Source: an uncultured Nitrososphaerota archaeon (GTDB taxonomy: Archaea > Asgardarchaeota > Njordarchaeia > Njordarchaeales > Njordarchaeaceae). From it: 64,000 nucleotides of DNA. The position numbers and the translations under genes are program-made. The notes under the pieces are model-generated. The model did not search any database and had not been told where the DNA came from. It saw only the letters and a list, made by a program, of their open reading frames with translations. The DNA is taken from positions 192,001 through 256,000 of the forward strand of contig CAZFGR010000001.1 in the NCBI GenBank assembly GCA_964518475.1, written 5' to 3'. Positions 39,912 to 48,887 of the stretch are shown here, in pieces (within the stretch, counting starts at the first letter, position 1; each line of letters begins with the position of its first letter).

Positions 39912-40713
39912 GCTCCTTCTCGTTCGCGACTTTGTTAGAGAATACACAAAAGTTGATAAAGACGATCTAATTCCGCAAGCATACTGGACTCTAGAGAGTA
40001 GAAAAGACACTCATCTAGTAGTTACAGAGGAAGATGAGCCCATAGGTATCGTTTCTTATAGAGATTTTCTTAGAGTTCTTACTGATAGAGCGCGGAGAAG
40101 GCACATTGCAAAACTTCACGTATCTAGCTTAATGACTGAAAAACTAATAACAATTGACGAGACAGCATCTATCAGGGAAGCTTGTGAATTAATGCTTCAA
40201 AAAAACATCTCCAGCGTTCTTGTGACAAAAGGAGAGAAAATAGTAGGAATAGTAACTAAGCGCGATATCCTTCAAAAAATCGATTTACTACCGCCAAAGA
40301 CGGTTAGAGAACTCATGACTCCAAAAGATGAAGTAATCGTTGCTTCAAGCGGAACAAAAATAACTGGTGCTGAACAAATAATGCGAGAAAACAATATAAG
40401 TACACTCCCAATAGTATCTGGTGATCGATTAATAGGTTATATCGACATTCATATCTTATCGCGATTTCTAATGGATCTCTTCCTTGATCCGAAATCAAGA
40501 CACCCCGAAAAAATGTTGAAAGAAGTAACTATCGGCGACATCATGAAAGGTCCAGTATACGTCTTACTAGAACAGTCAATACAAGAATTTGCCAAAGAAG
40601 TCCTAAGAAAACACACTAAAGGAGCAGCAGTAGTACTATCAGAGGAGAATATGAGATTAGAGGGCGTAATAACCGACACAGATATCACAAAGTACATTTA
40701 CTTAGAACTCTAA
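39895..40713 (+). CDS. CBS-domain protein (four CBS repeats)
   Basis: Repeated GIVS/TxRD and V/IxDxM motifs. Confidence 0.88.
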   Translation: MRVMTKLLLVRDFVREYTKVDKDDLIPQAYWTLESRKDTHLVVTEEDEPIGIVSYRDFLRVLTDRARRRHIAKLHVSSLMTEKLITIDETASIREACELMLQKNISSVLVTKGEKIVGIVTKRDILQKIDLLPPKTVRELMTPKDEVIVASSGTKITGAEQIMRENNISTLPIVSGDRLIGYIDIHILSRFLMDLFLDPKSRHPEKMLKEVTIGDIMKGPVYVLLEQSIQEFAKEVLRKHTKGAAVVLSEENMRLEGVITDTDITKYIYLEL

Positions 40714-40741
40714 GAAAACACTCAGAAAATATTAAAGAGAA

Positions 40742-40840
40742 TGGCGGGCCCGGCGGGACTCGAACCCGCGACCGACGGCTTTCCCCGCCACTAATTACTG
40801 TTAGGAGGCCGCCGCTCTATCCTAGCTGAGCTACGGGCCC
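40742..40840 (-). tRNA. tRNA-Arg(CCT) with a 21-nt canonical intron (40781-40801)
   Basis: GGGCCCG acceptor stem, encoded CCA, anticodon CCT at 40805-40803, central helix CTCC/GGGG. Confidence 0.92.
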
Positions 40841-41004
40841 ATTAGATCCGAAATAATTGTTGAAGGCTTGAGAGGAATTAAAAAATTTATGGCTCTCTGC
40901 TTGAAAGTATTATTTGCTAAATAATGTGGCTTTAAAATGAGGGAAATATCAATCTCAACTCGATGGTCGTCAAATTGTCTGATTTGTCTACTTGATAATA
41001 AACC

Positions 41005-42438
41005 TTATCCAACGCCAATTCGCCTTTTTCCTATTTCTATCCAATCATCATTTAGTCTTAGGTATCCCATTTTTATTATACTAGGTTCTCTCTCCTGGTG
41101 AATATATGCTGCTTTTACTTTGAGCTTCCTTGCTTGGAAATCTATGTCTTTAAGAATTCCCACTCCTAGGAGTTCTCCGTTCTCATCCAGAAGTCCTACA
41201 TAAAGGTTGTTGTAAGTTGATTTCGGAATTATCTGAATGCGGATATCCTGAATATTTCTTCGGAAAATTATTCGCGCGATGTTTTCAACGGTTTTAAGAT
41301 CCATTTTTGATAATATAGGCGATTTTCTTATGATCTCTTCTGTTAGTTTCATTTTTGAGGCGATGTAGATTGTTTTTATTGAGACTAAGAGTCTTCTAGC
41401 CTTTGTTATTAGTTCTTCTCTAGCCTGTACATGTTTTGGTTCTCTGGTGATTATGAGGAATACGTCGGGGGATATCTCTGCCCATAGTATAGTATTGTCC
41501 TCAAATATTTTTGCTGGATTCTCTAGAGGATAGCCGCTACCGAAGACGCATTCTTGGAAACTCACTGTGTTTATATCAAGTTCTAGTGTTTTGAGTGAAA
41601 CTTTCTCGATGAATTTCTGGAAACTGTAGCTCCTTAATGCTATTCTAAGTTCTCTTCCAGTGGTTTTTAGCGTCTTGGGTGCTGGTAACCTTATTATTTT
41701 TTCTACACTGTGTCTAAGCATTCTTGACAAGTGTTCGGATTCTCTTTCTCTCTCGAGAATAATGACTATTTTTGGTTTTATGATTTCCATTTTGTACAGT
41801 TTTAATGCTCTAGCTGGTCCTCCATAGATCATACCAGTAGTGTCAATGAAGATTATGTCGCTTCTTTCTCTGAGAAACGAGATCATTTTACTAACTCCTA
41901 CGATGCATGGTAAGAGATGGCCTTCCGGTGTTTTATCGCCTACGAAGTATCCATTTTTCATGGGAAGATCTGTTAGATCAATTAATTGTTTGGAAATCAC
42001 TGCTGCGCCGATTACTCCGGGAGGACCTATTTTTGATTGCCCAATATCCGCGTCGCATATGCCTATCTTTAACCCCTTATTAACAAGAATATTTGTAGCT
42101 AATAGAATGAATGAGCTTTTGCCCACGTCTGTATAACCGAGAACGCTTATAATAAGAGGTTTCACTCGTTTAGCTTGCTCTTCTATAAGTGTAATGGTAT
42201 GATACCATTCCTCAGGAAATAGTTCGTTGCTGATGTTAGATATTTCACAGCCATTTATTAGGAGTGTTGTATCTTCGAGAACTCTTGTTGGGAGAACTCG
42301 GCCTCTAGGAACTCTAACTTCTTTTTCAGCACCAATAATTGCTCCAAATATTTCCAGTAATCCCCCCCGGATAATTATAGAGCCGTCTGAAATACCGCGA
42401 ATAAGGCATCTCTGCCCTTTTCTAAGCTTAGCTTCCAC
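41005..42438 (-). CDS. Clp1/Grc3-family polynucleotide 5'-hydroxyl kinase
   Basis: GYTDVGKSS, DADIGQSKIGPPG and IDTTGMIYG motifs. Confidence 0.88.
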   Translation of the reverse strand: MEAKLRKGQRCLIRGISDGSIIIRGGLLEIFGAIIGAEKEVRVPRGRVLPTRVLEDTTLLINGCEISNISNELFPEEWYHTITLIEEQAKRVKPLIISVLGYTDVGKSSFILLATNILVNKGLKIGICDADIGQSKIGPPGVIGAAVISKQLIDLTDLPMKNGYFVGDKTPEGHLLPCIVGVSKMISFLRERSDIIFIDTTGMIYGGPARALKLYKMEIIKPKIVIILERERESEHLSRMLRHSVEKIIRLPAPKTLKTTGRELRIALRSYSFQKFIEKVSLKTLELDINTVSFQECVFGSGYPLENPAKIFEDNTILWAEISPDVFLIITREPKHVQAREELITKARRLLVSIKTIYIASKMKLTEEIIRKSPILSKMDLKTVENIARIIFRRNIQDIRIQIIPKSTYNNLYVGLLDENGELLGVGILKDIDFQARKLKVKAAYIHQEREPSIIKMGYLRLNDDWIEIGKRRIGVG

Positions 42439-42623
42439 ATTCTTGCACCCTTACGAGATAACGCCTTGTCTTACGAGAAACTCTCTACGCAACACATAAG
42501 AGTTCATGGATGGTACAACCTGCTAGCAATCTCTCTCATAGATAATCGCGGATATTACACATTTGTTTACGCTTCACACTACAAGATTACTCTGAATTAT
42601 TGCTTAAGAAGAAGATAGAAGGA

Positions 42624-42773
42624 TGGTGGGCCCGGGCGGATTTGAACCGCCGACCTCCCGGTGTCTGAGACTATCTAGACTCCGAAGCTATTTATGACAC
42701 TTGACACTTATTATTTTTATCAGGTGAGGCCTCTTATCAGCCGGGCGCTCTAGCCAGGCTGAGCTACGGGCCC
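42624..42773 (-). tRNA. tRNA-Ile(GAT) with a 72-nt canonical intron (42663-42734)
   Basis: GGGCCCG acceptor stem, ACCA end, anticodon stem CCCGG/CCGGG, central helix CTGA/TCAG. Confidence 0.92.
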
Positions 42774-43061
42774 AAGTTTCATTTAGCTATTCTAATCATC
42801 TTTCTACTCGAATAAGTTTTTAAAAATTTTCTTGTGGATGATTCTGCATTATATATTCTATGTTTTTACCCAGCTATACTCAGTATTACTTACTTTTCTT
42901 CTTAACTAGTTGCACACCTATAATTAACGGGCAAATATTTAGTCATTGCTTTTCACTTGTTAATTTACTCGTAGTTTATTTTGCTATTCTTTAAGCTTTA
43001 AATATTCTGTCAAGGGATTAGATACCATATCCAGATTGCGAATTAGTTGTAGGTGTTCATT

Positions 43062-43550
43062 ATGGGTAAAAAAGTAACCTTGACATTTCTAGTAAAGGGC
43101 GGAGAGGCTACACCCGGACCCCCAATAGGTCCTGCTCTTGGTCCATATGGTGTGCCTATTGGCAAAGTAGTAGCTGATATTAATAAAGCCACGAGTAACT
43201 GGAAAGGTTTAGTGGTTCCAGTTAAGGTGATTATTGATACGGCTGAGAGAACTTGGCAAATAGAGGTAGGAACTCCCTACACCTCAGCATTGATTTTGAA
43301 AGAACTCAGAAAAGAAAAAGGGTCTGGGCAAGCTGGTAAAGAAATCATTGGGGATCTTCCTCTTGAGAAAGTTGTAGAAATTGCTAAAATGAAAAAAGAC
43401 AGTATGTATGTGAAGGATCTTCGAGGAGCCATTAAGAGTGTCCTAGGTACAATGGTTTCCATGGGTGTTACTTGCGAGGGCAGAGATCCTCGAGAGATTA
43501 TACGCAATCTTGATGAATGGTTAAAAAAGAAAAATATAAAGCTTGAATGA
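43062..43550 (+). CDS. rpl11: 50S ribosomal protein uL11
   Basis: GGEATPGPPIGPALGP motif. Confidence 0.95.
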   Translation: MGKKVTLTFLVKGGEATPGPPIGPALGPYGVPIGKVVADINKATSNWKGLVVPVKVIIDTAERTWQIEVGTPYTSALILKELRKEKGSGQAGKEIIGDLPLEKVVEIAKMKKDSMYVKDLRGAIKSVLGTMVSMGVTCEGRDPREIIRNLDEWLKKKNIKLE

Positions 43551-43628
43551 TATACTCATTATTTCACCCGAATCGTTTGGGTCTTGATTTGGGAGATGAA
43601 CCGATGAATCTTTGAAAGGTGATTTAAT

Positions 43629-44012
43629 ATGTCTTTGCCCCCGTATGTGACTTGGGAAACCCCCAAAGAGCTTGCTGAAGAAGCATTAAAACTTTTAGAG
43701 GAAGTAAGAAAAGAGGGTGGAAAGGTAAGAAAGGGCGTTAATGAGACAACAAAAGCTGTTGAAAGGGGTCAAGCAAAGCTTGTGTATATCGCTATGGATG
43801 TAAATCCGCCAGAAATAGTCATGCACTTACCACCTTTATGCGAGGAAAGAGGTGTACCGTATCTTTTTGTGCCATCTAAAGCAGAACTAGGTAAAGCAGC
43901 TGGAATTGAAAGACCAGCCTCCTCTGCAGCCATAGTGGAACCTGGAAGAGTAGCTGAAAGACTTCAGCGAATAATTCAAAAGATTCGGGAACTAAGGCTC
44001 ACTAAAAAATAG
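43629..44012 (+). CDS. rpl7ae: ribosomal and sRNP protein L7Ae (eL8)
   Basis: [14 protein letters not shown] and HLPPLCEE motifs. Confidence 0.95.
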   Translation: MSLPPYVTWETPKELAEEALKLLEEVRKEGGKVRKGVNETTKAVERGQAKLVYIAMDVNPPEIVMHLPPLCEERGVPYLFVPSKAELGKAAGIERPASSAAIVEPGRVAERLQRIIQKIRELRLTKK

Positions 44013-44059
44013 GCCTTAAATACTCTTTCTAGTTCTTCTTTTTCTTCAATTAGTAAGAG

Positions 44060-44347
44060 GTGTACGCGGTGCCAAAAGCGAAACGATCAAAAGAAACTAA
44101 AGAAGATGCAAAAGAGGATCAGGAATTCAGCGTTGAAGATATCGGTATCCCCGCGGTAGTAGAATATATTGTAGAGAGAATGGGTCGTGCTGGAGAAGTA
44201 ATTCAAGTTCGTGCGAGAATACTTGAAGGACCAGATAAAGGAAGGATAATTACTCGTAACGTTAAGGGCCCTGTAAGGCCAGGAGATATTCTTATGCTTC
44301 GAGAAACAGAGAGGGAAGCTACAAGAATCAAAGCCCAGAGGAGGTAG
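44060..44347 (+). CDS. rps28e: 30S ribosomal protein eS28
   Basis: [27 protein letters not shown] motif. Confidence 0.95.
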   Translation: MYAVPKAKRSKETKEDAKEDQEFSVEDIGIPAVVEYIVERMGRAGEVIQVRARILEGPDKGRIITRNVKGPVRPGDILMLRETEREATRIKAQRR

Positions 44348-44353
44348 AAAGAT

Positions 44354-44545
44354 ATGGTTAAATGTTCCTTTTGCGGAAAGGAGATCCCTCCAGGTACTGG
44401 TTTAATGTATGTTTTTAACTCTGGTAGAATTTTATGGTTCTGTTCCAAAAAGTGCAAAGTACATGCATTGGAGAGGAAACGTAGTCCAACTAAAGTCAAA
44501 TGGACTAGGGCCTATAGATTAGCTCGTAAAAAAGCTAAAACATGA
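44354..44545 (+). CDS. rpl24e: 50S ribosomal protein eL24
   Basis: CSFCGKEIPPGTG...FCSKKC motif. Confidence 0.95.
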   Translation: MVKCSFCGKEIPPGTGLMYVFNSGRILWFCSKKCKVHALERKRSPTKVKWTRAYRLARKKAKT

Positions 44546-44694
44546 TGAGTACTATTTTGCTAATCAGAAATTTTATTTACAGTTTTACTACCTTTTATTC
44601 TCTTCTAGTGACCTTGTAGTGTAAAGAACACTAGTAGTGCATACCCCATAACTAGCTATTTTCTTTTAGCCCTATTTTTAGGAGGTGAGGAAAA

Positions 44695-44964
44695 ATGAAA
44701 AATGATGAAAAACAGCAAGCTCTTGAGAATGCTAAGAAAATTTTAATAAAAATTTCCCGCGATTTAAGTACTCCGAGAAATATTAGAAGAGCCGCCCGTA
44801 ATGCTTTGCGGGAACTTGAAAACGAGGATTTGAGCCTAGCTTTAAGAGCCGCAAATGCTATAGATATTCTTCAGGAAATCACTGATGATCCTCAGATTCC
44901 TCCTTTCGCAAGAACAGCTATTCTTGAGGCAATTTCTCTTCTGGATATGGTAGCGAAGGAATGA
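44695..44964 (+). CDS. UPF0147 family protein
   Basis: DLSTPRNIRRAA...DPQIPPFART motif. Confidence 0.85.
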   Translation: MKNDEKQQALENAKKILIKISRDLSTPRNIRRAARNALRELENEDLSLALRAANAIDILQEITDDPQIPPFARTAILEAISLLDMVAKE

Positions 44965-45031
44965 AGAACGAGAGAAATGAATAACACAGATAATACTTGG
45001 CAAACTTTTTCTTAAAAATTAAAATTAATTT

Positions 45032-45670
45032 TTATTCCCGAACTTCCGAGATTCCTAGCTTTTCCTTAGTCATTCTGGCTAGATTCTCAAGCTCGGCTTT
45101 ATAGATTTCTGGAAAGACTCTATACAGCATGGCTAGACGAGCTGCTTCTTGGAAAACTCTCTTAACTCCTTTTCCATCGATAGCTATTGTTCTAAAGACT
45201 GGAAGTGGTCTGTCTATTCTTAAAGTTCTAAGAAGAACTGTTTCGGGTAATGCATCTGGCAAATCTCTTTTATTTAATGCAATAACTACTGGGATTTCAC
45301 CCCATTTTTTACCAAGAAACTCTCGTAACTCGTTGATACTGTAAACGTTCTCATTTATGGCCTCGGGGTCACTATCAGCTACGAATACTACCGCATCGGC
45401 TCCCTCCAGGATAACTCTTCTTTGACGCTTATGTCTCTTCTGACCCGGTACGGTGTATACATCAAACAATACTTTCCCTTTCGTTAATAGTGGCATATAA
45501 TCAAAGTATAGAGTTCTGCCCGATGGGTCTTCTACAGAATGTATTCTTCCTTTTTTTAACCCTAGGATTCTATTATATAACGCTTTAACCATAGTTGTTT
45601 TTCCGGCCATCGAGGGGCCATAGAAAACAATTTTAAACCGATAGTAACCATGTCTGTCCTTATATACCAT
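45032..45670 (-). CDS. MglA-like small GTPase
   Basis: KIVFYGPSMAGKTT, RTLYFDY, YTVPGQ and NKRDLPDA motifs. Confidence 0.85.
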   Translation of the reverse strand: MVYKDRHGYYRFKIVFYGPSMAGKTTMVKALYNRILGLKKGRIHSVEDPSGRTLYFDYMPLLTKGKVLFDVYTVPGQKRHKRQRRVILEGADAVVFVADSDPEAINENVYSINELREFLGKKWGEIPVVIALNKRDLPDALPETVLLRTLRIDRPLPVFRTIAIDGKGVKRVFQEAARLAMLYRVFPEIYKAELENLARMTKEKLGISEVRE

Positions 45671-45921
45671 CTAGCTGTAACCTCCGCTCAGCCTTAATTC
45701 TATATCGTTAGCTAAGTATGGTAATTCAATATAATATTAAATATCAATTTTCTGCAGCATATGATAAAATGATTACACTACCGGAGAGACACCTCTATCT
45801 TTATTATTTAACCTCTTATGATTTATTGGAGGGATCGGCACCTAATCTTGCTTTGTGTTACTTTGTACTTAATTCTCCCTATTTTCTTTCCTTCACTATA
45901 TTAACTTATTATAAATTATTT

Positions 45922-46728
45922 TTAAAGAATGCGGGGCGCCAGTAGGTAAACTAATTCTGTTCCTCCACCTACCATGAAAGTCATCTTAAGTGGCATGTTC
46001 TTAGAATACTCTATTCTAACGACATCTGCTACCTTAGCGGCTCTTATGAATTTTCTAAGGAAGTCTAATGAGTATAAGGCCTCTGCATCATTTTTTATCT
46101 CGTATTGGACAACAGTGTCCTCTCGTTCTAAGGGTGCTACATATTCATAAAATCCACCTGTTTCGCTCTCAGCGATAAAACGCATTTCTTTTGTATCACT
46201 CGTAGTAACTAATCGTAGATCCTCTCCCACAACTTTAGCATCTGAGATTATGTCATTGAGGAAACTAGCAGGGGCGAACTCTACTAGTACGTCATACTGT
46301 AACTCCTTAACGTTTATCCTAGCTTCTTCAGGGATCTCTATAATTGGTAATGCGAAAGTCCTTTGTAATGATCGTTCGTCAAGGGTCCCCCTGAAGAAAG
46401 TGATTGCAAAGAATTGTCTATTTCTTTCCTTTCTGAGAGATAGTAATATGCTATCCTTTGCCTTTCCTCGTTGGAAAACTTTTTTCAACTCTCCAAAATT
46501 TACACCAATAACTATTGTGTCTCCATCCTCTGGGGGTTCAAAATCGTACTTGTGAAAAACATTAGCCGGCATTTTTAATATAACCATGGCCACTCTTGAT
46601 TCATCAATTGCAGAGAATTCGATACCATCTTCTCGAACATAGAAATTGCCCTCACTAATGACACCAGATATTGCCGCGATAATCTCTCTTAGCGTTTTCG
46701 CTTCATCATAAGCAGCTTCCCATCTCAT
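45922..46728 (-). CDS. pcn: DNA polymerase sliding clamp PCNA
   Basis: AIDESRVAMV and C-terminal YLLAPR motifs. Confidence 0.9.
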   Translation of the reverse strand: MRWEAAYDEAKTLREIIAAISGVISEGNFYVREDGIEFSAIDESRVAMVILKMPANVFHKYDFEPPEDGDTIVIGVNFGELKKVFQRGKAKDSILLSLRKERNRQFFAITFFRGTLDERSLQRTFALPIIEIPEEARINVKELQYDVLVEFAPASFLNDIISDAKVVGEDLRLVTTSDTKEMRFIAESETGGFYEYVAPLEREDTVVQYEIKNDAEALYSLDFLRKFIRAAKVADVVRIEYSKNMPLKMTFMVGGGTELVYLLAPRIL

Positions 46729-47039
46729 CTCTATTCACCGGTACATGATAATATTAACTAAACACTGATCCAAATAAAGAGATAGAAAGATAAACATTAA
46801 ACTTTTTTGGAGACTCTACACTAATCACCAGAAGATAGACACTAAAAGAACAAAGATATAGGGAGATATTATTAATGGAATATGCTCGTAAAGGTACCTT
46901 ATTGTTTATCCTTCTTAATAGGTGGTGAGATAAGTTTGAAAGCTTTGATTTCGAGAGCCCAGAAAAATATGAAATAGCCTTACCTCCTTAGGTGCTTCTT
47001 TTTTCTCCCAATAGTTATCAGGTTGATTAGAAATTAGTG

Positions 47040-47203
47040 CCCGCCCCCGAGGTTTCCGTGTTCGGAATGGGAACGGGCGTGACCCCTCCCCTGTGGCCGC
47101 GTCCCCCTTTAAGGAGGACGCAGCAAGGGCCTTTCCCGCGCCCTCGCGGAGCGCGGTACTCGGTCCCTCGTGGGAGGGCTTAGCTTCCGGCCTCGGGGGC
47201 GGG
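47040..47203 (-). repeat. perfect 13-bp inverted repeat forming the BHB processing stem around the permuted 5S rRNA
   Basis: CCCGCCCCCGAGG (47040-47052) and CCTCGGGGGCGGG (47191-47203). Confidence 0.9.
47054..47184 (-). rRNA. rrf: 5S rRNA, circularly permuted gene (3' half 47184 to about 47113, loop linker, 5' half about 47107 to 47054)
   Basis: All 5S elements are present (helix II GGGGAGGG/CCCTCCC, loop C CCCATTCCGAAC, loop E AGTA/GAA, helix IV with GCGA loop) but in swapped order. Confidence 0.93.
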
Positions 47204-47310
47204 TTCGCCTGCCAACATCATCCATTACTACAGCTCATTCATTTTTAAATTTTATTCTTCTTTTTATTCCTCAATCCAAATTACTGCTTGATTAGTGAAG
47301 GACTGCTGAA

Positions 47311-47367
47311 ATCTCAGCCTGCCCATCGTCGCTCATCAATTCGCTCAAGGATGAATTCATCATCGAT
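47311..47367 (-). ncRNA. C/D box sRNA candidate
   Basis: C box ATGATGA (47363-47357), D' TTGA, C' TTGATGA, D CTGA (47317-47314), terminal ATC/GAT stem. Confidence 0.6.
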
Positions 47368-47420
47368 GCCTTGTTAAAAAATCTCTTCTACGAGTTAATG
47401 TCTTATAGGGCTGTAATTGT

Positions 47421-48773
47421 TTATATGAATTTCTTAACTCTAGCTAATCTCGGGAACGGTAAAGTGTCTCGAATATGATCTAATTTTAGTATCCACATAA
47501 GCAGTCTTTCAATACCTAATCCGAAACCACTATGAGGAACGCTTCCGTATCTTCTTAGATCTAGATACCAATCATAATCCCTCGGATCGAATCCTTCAGC
47601 TTTTATCCTTTCGATTAAAACATCTGCGTTATCTTCTCTTTGACTACCGCCTATTATCTCCCCGTAACCTTCAGGAGCCAATAGATCTGCTGATAAACTT
47701 ATCTCTGGTCTTTTCTCGTCAACCTTAACGTAGAAGGCTTTAAGATGCGTGGGAAAATGCGTTAAGAAGAACCATTCTCCAATCTCTTCTGAAAGTATCT
47801 TTTCTTCATCTCCTCCAATATCATCTCCCCATTTTATTTTCATACCTTTGGATTGCAGAATCTCTATTGCCTCATCATATTTTACTCTTTTAAACGGTGG
47901 TTTTACTTCTTCTAAGGAATCCAATGAGCCCCTAAATTCCTGAATTATTTTCGAGACTACATCATTTTCAAGCAGTTTCTGGATGATGAGGTAGATAAGC
48001 TCCTCTTCTACCTTTAAAATATTTTCGAGATCATACCAAGCAGCTTCAGCTTCAAGGTGCCAATATTCTGCTAAGTGCCTTCTAGTTCTCGATTTTTCGG
48101 CTCGGAAAGAGGGAGTAAGACTCCAGACTTTTCCCAAAGAGAATATCATAACCTCCAGATATAGCTGGGCTGATTGTGAAAGATAGACCTTTGAATTGTC
48201 GAAATAATTGACGGAGAATAGCGTTGCACCTCCTTCACATGCTGTACTGACTAGAATCGGTGGGGAGACTTCATACCAACCATTTTTTCGGAAATATTCT
48301 CGTGCTGCATGTAATAATGCGTCTCGTACGACCCATATTTTGGTATATCTGAGAGAGCGAATCGCTAGATGCCTCCATCGCATAAGGACATCGGGCGGTT
48401 GTTCTTTTTTCCCCAAGGGGTATGGAGACTCGGCCACACTCGTAATCTCTAAGTCTTTTACTATGAGCTCCTCTCCTCCGGGAGCTCTAGGATTCTTGAC
48501 TAATTCACCCCTTACAACAACTGATGATTCCTGTGAAACACGCTCTAGAAGATTCCACTTATTATCTGGTAACACACCTTTTTTGGCGACAGCCTGGAGG
48601 ATTCTCCATGGAAAATCGGTAGTCCTCATATCTAAGAAGATTATTTTACCATGTTCCCTCTTCTTTACAACCCACCCTTTAAATTCTAGCAATTTATCTG
48701 TGCTCGTCATCTTAAATACCGCATGTAAAATCATACTTGCCTTGCTGTTTAATGTGTAACTAAACCAACTCAA
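47421..48773 (-). CDS. asnS: asparaginyl-tRNA synthetase
   Basis: YLSQSAQLYLE, FRAEKSRTRRHLAEYW, GEIIGGSQRE and RYGSVPHSGFGLGIER motifs. Confidence 0.92.
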   Translation of the reverse strand: MSWFSYTLNSKASMILHAVFKMTSTDKLLEFKGWVVKKREHGKIIFLDMRTTDFPWRILQAVAKKGVLPDNKWNLLERVSQESSVVVRGELVKNPRAPGGEELIVKDLEITSVAESPYPLGKKEQPPDVLMRWRHLAIRSLRYTKIWVVRDALLHAAREYFRKNGWYEVSPPILVSTACEGGATLFSVNYFDNSKVYLSQSAQLYLEVMIFSLGKVWSLTPSFRAEKSRTRRHLAEYWHLEAEAAWYDLENILKVEEELIYLIIQKLLENDVVSKIIQEFRGSLDSLEEVKPPFKRVKYDEAIEILQSKGMKIKWGDDIGGDEEKILSEEIGEWFFLTHFPTHLKAFYVKVDEKRPEISLSADLLAPEGYGEIIGGSQREDNADVLIERIKAEGFDPRDYDWYLDLRRYGSVPHSGFGLGIERLLMWILKLDHIRDTLPFPRLARVKKFI

Positions 48774-48887
48774 ACAATTCCACTATCATGTTAAAGTTAG
48801 GTAGTAGTTTATGTTTAAGCATATTTATGACATCTTCTTAAAAGATGATTAACCAATTATCATACTTGACAACGTTATAAACGATAG

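Noticed and set aside
44542-44600. ATGATGA C-box-like motif at the rpl24e stop
   Set aside because: No D, D' or C' boxes at suitable spacing.
47054-47184. 5S region as two gene fragments or a misassembly
   Set aside because: The halves are complete and complementary, helix I is extended by a paired linker, and a flanking 13-bp stem with BHB gives an exact junction. Read-level confirmation is still advisable.
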